NCBI GenBank assembly: GCA_016187835.1
Contig: JACPIY010000107.1
Span: 1-63,038 of the forward strand
DNA: 63,038 nt
Direction of reading: 5' to 3'
From: Deltaproteobacteria bacterium
Lineage (GTDB): Bacteria > Desulfobacterota_D > UBA1144 > Nemesobacterales > CSP1-2
In this document: positions 32,696-39,008 of the stretch, piece by piece
How the letters are laid out: each line of letters starts with the position of its first letter
Position numbering within the stretch: the first letter of the stretch is position 1
Made by a program: the position numbers and the translations under genes
The notes under the pieces: generated by a model
Told to the model about the DNA's origin: nothing
The model's input: only the letters and a program-made list of their open reading frames with translations
The model's database searches: none

Positions 32696-34165
32696 TTATT
32701 TTTCAAGAAGGTATCTAATTATCGTTCTTACACCAAAACCAGTGCTGCCTTTCGGATACCAGTCCCCCCCTCTTTCAATAAATGCAGGACCTGCAATATC
32801 GAGGTGTGCCCAGGGAGTATCTCCTACAAACTTTTCAAGGAACATCGCCGCTGTAATTGCCCCGCCCCAACGGCTCCCGACATTTTTTACATCCGCAACG
32901 TCACTGTCAATATCTTTTCTCAGTTCTTCATCCATAGGAAGCTGCCATACCTTCTCCCCGGCAAGCTTTGCAGCTTTGATAATCTTGTCTATCAATTTTT
33001 CATTGTTTCCCATAAGACCTGCCGTATAATTTCCAAGCGCCACAATGCATGCTCCGGTCAATGTCGCAAGGTCAACTATCTCATCCACTTTTAACTGAAC
33101 TGCATAAGAAAGAGCATCAGAGAGCACAATCCTTCCCTCCGCATCAGTATCAATCACTTCGATTGTCTTTCCATTAAGAGCCCGAACAATGTCATCCGGT
33201 TTATACGCTTTCCCGCCGGGCATATTCTCAGTAGCCGAGATAAGGCAGTGAACCCTGACAGGAGGATTGAATTTTGTAATCGCCTTCATAACCCCTAAAA
33301 CACAGGCTGCGCCGGACATATCCATCTTCATCGTTCGCATACTGTCTCTTGGTTTTATACAAAGTCCGCCGGTGTCAAAAGTAATCCCCTTCCCAACTAT
33401 CGCAACTGTCCTTCTCGGTTTCTTTCTAGGCTCATAGGTTAGATGTATAAACTTTGGTGGCTCTTCGCTTCCAAGGGATACTGCCAGAAGCGCCCCCATA
33501 CCCCTTTTTTCTATGTCTTCCCTGTCAAATATCTCACATTGAAGTTCATGCTCTTCAGCAATTTCCTCCGCAATTCCAGCAAGTTTTGTCGGAGTCATAA
33601 CCACAGGGGGTTCGTTTACTAAGTCTCTGGCAAAGTTGATAGCCTCTACAATTGCCTTTGCAAACTCCAGCTCCTCTTTAAAAGCTTTTTCTCCAACCTT
33701 ACTTGAGATAAATTCGACTGTTTTAATTCCGTTCCCTTTCTTATTATTGGTCTTATACTTGTCAAACTCATAATTGCCAAGCCCTAAACCTTCGATAAGA
33801 GCAGAAAGGTCTCCCCTTTTACTATCAATTTCAAAACTAAAAGCAAGAACTCCAGAAAAAGGCTTAACCTTTTTTGCCGTAAGTATTCCAGCCTTTCTTA
33901 AATTATCGGAAGAAAAACCTGCTCTCTTTCCAAATCCTACAAGTAAAACCCTTTCTGCTCCTATTTTGTCAAGCGTATTTACCAGCACACTCTTTCCCAA
34001 TTCACCGTTAAATTTCTCATCTTGAGAGACACGGCTGAGGGCACCGCCCAAAGAACTATCAACTTTTTTAGCAGAGCCTATAATCCCCTCCTCTTCGAAT
34101 CTTCCAAGTACTAAGACGCTGCACTTTACCCTCAATATGTTCGCATCACTGAGTTTGAAGTCCAC
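32696..34165 (-). CDS. pepA: Leucyl aminopeptidase (M17)
   Basis: VGKGITFDTGG, MKMDMSG, DTDAEGR, DLATLTGA, HLDIAG. Confidence 0.96.
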   Translation of the reverse strand: MDFKLSDANILRVKCSVLVLGRFEEEGIIGSAKKVDSSLGGALSRVSQDEKFNGELGKSVLVNTLDKIGAERVLLVGFGKRAGFSSDNLRKAGILTAKKVKPFSGVLAFSFEIDSKRGDLSALIEGLGLGNYEFDKYKTNNKKGNGIKTVEFISSKVGEKAFKEELEFAKAIVEAINFARDLVNEPPVVMTPTKLAGIAEEIAEEHELQCEIFDREDIEKRGMGALLAVSLGSEEPPKFIHLTYEPRKKPRRTVAIVGKGITFDTGGLCIKPRDSMRTMKMDMSGAACVLGVMKAITKFNPPVRVHCLISATENMPGGKAYKPDDIVRALNGKTIEVIDTDAEGRIVLSDALSYAVQLKVDEIVDLATLTGACIVALGNYTAGLMGNNEKLIDKIIKAAKLAGEKVWQLPMDEELRKDIDSDVADVKNVGSRWGGAITAAMFLEKFVGDTPWAHLDIAGPAFIERGGDWYPKGSTGFGVRTIIRYLLEK

Positions 34166-34372
34166 TTTCTAATCCTCCTTCAGTAGTATCAATCGAACTA
34201 CAGTTTACCATAACCCTCACTCAGTCCAACGCCACAATATATCTAAACCCGCTATTTCAAATCATCCTAATATAATTATCGCAAAGCCATTACGTACCCT
34301 GTATACTAAATACTTATGAAGAACCCTGCTGAAAGCTGCAGGGTATCGACGTATATACAAACAGTCTCCTTG

Positions 34373-34545
34373 GTCATTGCGAGGAGCCCTTCGACGGAGT
34401 TTACACTGAGTGCAGCGAATGTGCTCAGGATAGACTCCGCGACGAAGCAATCCATTGAGATTCCTCACTCCGTTCGGAATGACATCTCGTGTCTGATTGC
34501 TTCGCAGAGTTTACACTGAGTGAAAACGAATGTGCTCGCAATGAC
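34373..34545. repeat. Composite nested palindromic element (GTCATTGCGAG...CTCGCAATGAC family), copy 1
   Basis: Terminal IR GTCATTGCGAG/CTCGCAATGAC, internal GAAGCAATC/GATTGCTTC arms, an AGATTCCTCAC..GTTCGGAATGACA module and nested GAGTTTACACTGAG..CGAATGTGCTC units. Confidence 0.85.
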
Positions 34546-34619
34546 ACCAGGGTGAAAGTGCAAACTATGTAGCAAGCTATGGGGAATTATTAAGTTAAAG
34601 AATTAGGAGAGAAATCACC

Positions 34620-35045
34620 ATGAGATATAACATCGAGTCTGTAATCTTTTTATTTATTTTTGCATTTATTTCCATATGCTACTTAACCTCCGGAACTACT
34701 TATGGAGAACCTACACCTGTTCAGGCTACAGTATCGGAGGACGGTGTCCAGAGGATTGATGTTAAAGTGGACAGCTATTCATTCGAGCCCAATCATATTG
34801 TAGTAACTGTGGGTAAGCCTGTAGAGCTTATATTAAAAAGCGTTACAAAAGTTCTTCCTCATAACTTTACTTTGAATTATCCAGAAGCGGGGCTCAATGT
34901 TGATCAGGACATCTCACACGGACAAGAAGTCAAAGTCACTTTTACCCCTACCAAGACAGGGAGCTTTGACTTCTATTGCGACAAAAAATTCCTATTTGAA
35001 AGCCACAGAAAGAAGGGAATGAAGGGTATTTTAGAAGTTAAATAA
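34620..35045 (+). CDS. Exported cupredoxin-domain protein
   Basis: Signal peptide, SFEPNHIVV, PHNF, FYC...H...GM copper-ligand pattern. Confidence 0.85.
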   Translation: MRYNIESVIFLFIFAFISICYLTSGTTYGEPTPVQATVSEDGVQRIDVKVDSYSFEPNHIVVTVGKPVELILKSVTKVLPHNFTLNYPEAGLNVDQDISHGQEVKVTFTPTKTGSFDFYCDKKFLFESHRKKGMKGILEVK

Positions 35046-35178
35046 TAAGCTTATTCAATGTTAGTTAAATTCAGCTAAAGTTACCGTTTCTATTCGTCAT
35101 TAGTTATCCTTTTAGAGGATTACCCGTTACTTTTGAGTATCCGATTTATGGAGCTTTTCTAAAAACAAGGAAAAAATT

Positions 35179-36258
35179 ATGGGAAAAGTAGTTTCTGTCG
35201 GCTTAGCTGACGTTCCTTACAAATTTCATCAGAATGAAGTTAAGGATTTTACACATAAGCTTTTTTCACGGGCAAGTGAACACATCGGCAAAATGATCAA
35301 TGTTTTTGATAACTCCACTATAGAAGTGCGCCGTTTCTCTCAACCCAGAGAATGGTTCTATAGACCTCATACTTTTGTGGAACGGAACGAATCATATATA
35401 AAGAGTTCTTGTGTTTTATCAACTCAAGCCATTAAAAATTGCATGGAAAAAATAAATGCGGACTATTCGGACTTTGATCATATAATATTCGTGTCGAGCA
35501 CGGGTGTTGCTACTCCAACGATAGACGCCATTTTGATCAATGAACTTAAACTAGATCCACATCTCAAACGCACGCCAATATGGGGATTAGGATGCGCAGG
35601 AGGTGCAGTAGGACTAAGTCGCGCGCTTGAATATACGCGTGCTTTTCCTAAAAGCGCAGCGCTTGTCATTGCTCTGGAAATCTGCAGCTTGGCATTTCAG
35701 GAAAATGACTATTCCAAGAGTAATATCATAGCTATTTCCCTTTTTTCCGACGGCGCAGCAGCGGCACTAGTAGCCGGTAGAGAGCACAGGTTATTCAATT
35801 CTGCAAGAGTTAATCTAATTGATTCACTGTCTACCATTTATTACGACTCGCTTGATGTAATGGGTTGGGAATTAGTTGATACTGGGTTTAAAGCCATTTT
35901 CAGTAAAGACATCCCAATGATAGTGAGGAAATACGTACGACCAAATATTGAAGAACTGCTAGATAAACATAAACTCAACCTTTCCAACATTAAGCACTTT
36001 GTTATTCACCCCGGCGGGCTAAAAGTTATAAACGAGTATGAAGAGTCAATTGGTTTACCAAATGGCGCTTTCAGCTACTCCAGAAAGGTTTTACGGGAAC
36101 ACGGCAATATGTCATCTTCTACCATACTTTACGTTTTAAATGAGTTTCTAGAAGACGGGAAATACGAAAAGGGTGATTACGGCCTAATGTCGGCCCTTGG
36201 TCCGGGTTTTAGCTCTGAGCTTATTTTGTTTCAAATAGATGCCTCAACCACGGATTGA
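35179..36258 (+). CDS. Type III polyketide synthase (BpsA/SrsA-like)
   Basis: Catalytic triad motifs GLGCAGG (Cys), HPGG (His) and HGNMSS (Asn); LFSDGAAA; GPGF. Confidence 0.93.
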   Translation: MGKVVSVGLADVPYKFHQNEVKDFTHKLFSRASEHIGKMINVFDNSTIEVRRFSQPREWFYRPHTFVERNESYIKSSCVLSTQAIKNCMEKINADYSDFDHIIFVSSTGVATPTIDAILINELKLDPHLKRTPIWGLGCAGGAVGLSRALEYTRAFPKSAALVIALEICSLAFQENDYSKSNIIAISLFSDGAAAALVAGREHRLFNSARVNLIDSLSTIYYDSLDVMGWELVDTGFKAIFSKDIPMIVRKYVRPNIEELLDKHKLNLSNIKHFVIHPGGLKVINEYEESIGLPNGAFSYSRKVLREHGNMSSSTILYVLNEFLEDGKYEKGDYGLMSALGPGFSSELILFQIDASTTD

Positions 36259-36496
36259 CACAGATGAACACAAATCAGCTAGAAATTCCAAATTCTAAAT
36301 CGCAAATAATGAAAAACAAGCACCAAATCACAAATCCCAAATTTCAAATGAAAGGAATTTACCTTATTGTTTGTTATTTGGAATTTGGTTATTGAGATTT
36401 GTTTGTGATTTGGAGTTTGGTCATTGGTGCTTGTTTATTCGCGTAAATTACAGAAAATGCCCTGCAAATACCTACATTTCTCGTGTTCATTAGTGG
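36248..36496. repeat. Nested periodic inverted repeats (7-mer CAAAT-type array inside a CCACGGAT../..ATTAGTGG pair)
   Basis: AAACAAGCACCAA (36314-36326) pairs with TTGGTGCTTGTTT (36424-36436); CAAATnn heptamer runs on the left and nnATTTG runs on the right; outer CCACGGATTGACAC versus GTGTTCATTAGTGG. Confidence 0.75.
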
Positions 36497-36517
36497 CGAA
36501 ACAATTAGTCAATTATT

Positions 36518-37036
36518 ATGAATGCCTTTTGGATATTTCTTCTTTTCGTAATATTACAAAGAATAGTCGAACTTGCGATTGCAAAAAGAAATGAAAGAAT
36601 CGTCAGGGCGAAAGGTGCGATTGAGTTTGACAAGAAAGGTTATAAAGTTATCGTGGCGATGCACGTAGCTTTTTTCATCTCACTCATTTTGGAGAAGGTT
36701 TTTCTTGAGAGAGGTTTAAATTCTCTCTGGATTTTTTTCGTAACCCTGTTCGTGCTTGCTCAGTTCTTACGCTATTGGGCAATATCAAGCCTGGGAGCCT
36801 ATTGGAACACGAGAGTTTTAGTTGTTCCAAACAGCAAGCTCGTTACCTCAGGTCCTTACGAATACCTTCGACACCCTAACTATATTGCAGTCATAACAGA
36901 GATTGCCGTAATACCTCTAATTTTTTCTTGTTATATAACCGCGGTGGTATTTACTTTCCTTAACTTGATTTTACTAAGGAGAAGGATAAAGATTGAAGAG
37001 GAAGCCCTCCAAAGAGCTTCAACTGGTTTGTTGTAG
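36518..37036 (+). CDS. Isoprenylcysteine carboxyl methyltransferase family protein (BpsB/SrsB-like O-methyltransferase)
   Basis: QRIVEL..AKRNE, LRYWAISSLG..WNTR, GPYEYLRHPNY, RIKIEEEAL; adjacent to the type III PKS. Confidence 0.9.
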   Translation: MNAFWIFLLFVILQRIVELAIAKRNERIVRAKGAIEFDKKGYKVIVAMHVAFFISLILEKVFLERGLNSLWIFFVTLFVLAQFLRYWAISSLGAYWNTRVLVVPNSKLVTSGPYEYLRHPNYIAVITEIAVIPLIFSCYITAVVFTFLNLILLRRRIKIEEEALQRASTGLL

Positions 37037-37110
37037 AAATTATTAAGAAATTAAATACAGTTTTTAAATTAGCAATAGCGAAGGTGGCAGATGAATACCA
37101 ATTTAAAAAC

Positions 37111-37290
37111 GATAGACGGGACTTTCCAGTCCCGTTCTGGCGAGGTTAGAAAACCCCGCCTATCGTTGGTCTTACACTTAGTAGGGAACGCATATATGCG
37201 TTCCTTACAAAATAAAAGACAATAAACATACAGGTAGTCCACCAATTCCCTCGACTGAGCTCGGGACAGGCTTGCTGATGGTATTGGTGG
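37111..37290. repeat. Cluster of REP-like palindromes from several families
   Basis: Inverted GATAG doublet (37111-37164), GTAGGGAACGCATATATGCGTTCCTTAC (37181-37208), and a CCACCAAT/ATTGGTGG hairpin with nested CCCTCGACTGAGCTCGGGACAGGCT (37239-37290). Confidence 0.8.
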
Positions 37291-37332
37291 CAACTTTTTT
37301 CCTGTTACCTAACAGCAACAGTGCTTTGAATG

Positions 37333-37412
37333 CTTAACTTAATTTTGCTCACGCAGAGGGTAACGATTGAAGAGGAAGCCCTCAGTCAAGTTCCAACTGG
37401 TGTTTAGAAATT
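37333..37412 (+). pseudogene. Diverged duplicate of the methyltransferase 3' end
   Basis: Matches 36959-37041; reads LNLILLTQRVTIEEEALSQVPTGV* versus [25 protein letters not shown]. Confidence 0.85.
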
Positions 37413-37451
37413 TCACAAATCCGAGCGAGAAGTTTTTTGGCGTTGTTCCAT
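37413..37451 (-). pseudogene. Possible decayed 5' remnant of an integron integrase (intI)
   Basis: ATG 37451 reads MEQ-[frameshift]-KKLLARICE; LARICE codons are each 0-1 nt from LDQVRE of the IntI-type N-terminus as I recall it (MEQRPKKLLDQVR). Divergent from the attI-like site. Confidence 0.5.
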
Positions 37452-37554
37452 ATTTTTTTTTCGCACTACTTATTGATGTAAAGGGACATTTTAAGTATAT
37501 TCACCAATAGAGAATAAGGTAAGGCAGTTCGTATAAACTCCCCAATAGGGTGAT

Positions 37555-37590
37555 TATACGAAATATTGTTCGCATAATTAATAGTTATGC
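37555..37590 (+). other. attI-like integron recombination site with an overlapping LexA-box-like palindrome
   Basis: GCATAAT-TAATA(5 bp)-GTTATGC fits L-spacer-R attI architecture; CGAAA-TATT-GTTCG lies directly upstream. Confidence 0.6.
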
Positions 37591-37606
37591 GGCGTAGTAT
37601 GAATCA

Positions 37607-38044
37607 ATGACTAACACAGAGATCGTCACGTTGACCGCGGCTGTCATTGCTCTTCTGGGCTCCGTCCTCTCATTGTTCATCAGTACACGTCTGGCGATTC
37701 AAAAGGAGCGAAGGCAGCTTTTGTGGGCCAAGGAGTTGGATCGATTCTTCGAACTCGAAGAACTTGCGGGCGATCTCGTTGAGGAGCTCGGTAGTTATCG
37801 TCCAGTTCCCGACGATCGTACGCCGTTGACGCAAAGGTTCGAGGCACTTGAGCAGGCCGCCGGAAGATTCGGTAGATATCCTGAGGTGCGGCAAGCCATC
37901 CGGGATCTGCATAACACACTGGGATGCATGTTCGTTGCGAAGCGAGATCATCAGAACGATCAAGAAGTTCGAGCTGAATTAGATCCGACCTTCCGAAAGT
38001 TGCTTGCAGCCTGCGACAAGGTCGTAGGAAGAGAGAAACTATGA
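37607..38044 (+). CDS. Integron cassette protein of unknown function (N-terminal TM helix, helical domain)
   Basis: 145-aa ORF visibly more GC-rich than its flanks, starting 23 bp after GTT and ending 16 bp before attC. Confidence 0.8.
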   Translation: MTNTEIVTLTAAVIALLGSVLSLFISTRLAIQKERRQLLWAKELDRFFELEELAGDLVEELGSYRPVPDDRTPLTQRFEALEQAAGRFGRYPEVRQAIRDLHNTLGCMFVAKRDHQNDQEVRAELDPTFRKLLAACDKVVGREKL

Positions 38045-38060
38045 TTTCCGGACGACTGCC

Positions 38061-38135
38061 GCATAACAACAGCTTCAACACGGACTGGCTTCTCCGCTGC
38101 GCTCCGAAGCCAGCCGGTTAAGCTGACCGTTACGC
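38061..38135 (+). mobile_element. attC site (75 bp) of the integron gene cassette
   Basis: R'' GCATAAC, L'' GCTTCAAC pairing with L' GTTAAGC with one extrahelical base, CTGGCTTC/GAAGCCAG stem, R' GTTACGC. GCCGCATAAC (38058-38067) is the exact reverse complement of the cassette start GTTATGCGGC (37584-37593). Confidence 0.88.
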
Positions 38136-38277
38136 CAAAACAACCTTCTCTCAGAAACAATAATATGAGCAACAAACCATACACACTCAACAATGCAACA
38201 ATGCCCATGACTGGCCAACAGGTCGGTACGGTGGGAAAAGATTTTGAATAACTTGCAGCAAGTTGCTAAACGTTCCT

Positions 38278-38304
38278 GTAGGGAACGCATATATGCGTTC
38301 CTAT
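38278..38304. repeat. REP upstream of RAYT
   Basis: GTAGGGAACGCATATATGCGTTCCTAT. Confidence 0.85.
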
Positions 38305-38379
38305 AAAGGGTTATGAAATCTACCTTGTACGATATACTTATTGGTAAAGACAGATATTTTTTGTTCACTAGCAGAGAGA

Positions 38380-38916
38380 ATGAAACAAAGAAAATCTAAT
38401 AGACTAAAAGACTATGAGTATTCCCAAAACGGCTACTACTTTATAACGATATGCACAAAAAACAGTGAGGAATGGTTTGGGAAAATCAAAGATGGGCAAA
38501 TGATTTTGAATAATTCTGGAGAAATTGCTAAACATTTTTGGATGAAGATACCAGAGCATTTCACGAATGTTGGATTGGATGAATTTACGGTAATGCCCAA
38601 TCATATTCACGGCATTGTAATTATTGTAGGGAACGCATATATGCGTTCCCTACAGGATAAAACGAAGATGTTGTTATCGAAATTAATTCAACAATATAAA
38701 TCGTCTGTAACCCGCGAAGTAAATTCACTACATAATAGTTTCCACTTCAAGTGGCACAAATCTTTCTACGATCATATCATCAGAAATGAAAACACTCTGA
38801 ATAATATCAGGGAATACATTAGAAATAATCCATTAAAATGGGAACTTGATATAGAGAATAGAATAAACATCAAAAAGCATAATAAGGATTATTATAAAGA
38901 AATATTTGAAGGTTGA
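38380..38916 (+). mobile_element. REP-associated tyrosine transposase (RAYT, Y1 HUH family)
   Basis: RKSNRLKDYEYSQNGYYFITICT, VMPNHIHGI (HUH), W.KSFYDHIIR, IREYIRNNP (catalytic Tyr); flanked by GTAG REPs; likely start ATG 38380. Confidence 0.92.
38626..38653. repeat. Perfect 28-bp REP palindrome inside the RAYT coding sequence
   Basis: GTAGGGAACGCATATATGCGTTCCCTAC, read in frame as VGNAYMRSLQ. Confidence 0.92.
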
Positions 38917-38970
38917 TTTTTTACTGATCCAGAGGTCAACACATTCACCCCGGTTTTATTATAACAATCT

Positions 38971-38996
38971 TAGGAACGCATATATGCGTTCCCTAC
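38971..38996. repeat. REP downstream of RAYT
   Basis: TAGGAACGCATATATGCGTTCCCTAC. Confidence 0.85.
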
Positions 38997-39008
38997 AAAA
39001 AAATGAAT

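Noticed and set aside
34323-34347. ACCCTGCTGAAAGCTGCAGGGTATC hairpin as an IS200/IS605 end remnant
   Set aside because: A single imperfect hairpin with no second copy or transposase fragment nearby.
34262-34519. Short ORFs over the composite palindromes (also 37069-37293, 38075-38368, 38906-39100, 43739-43927, 44703-44894)
   Set aside because: They are translations of repeat sequence with no SD or protein motif.
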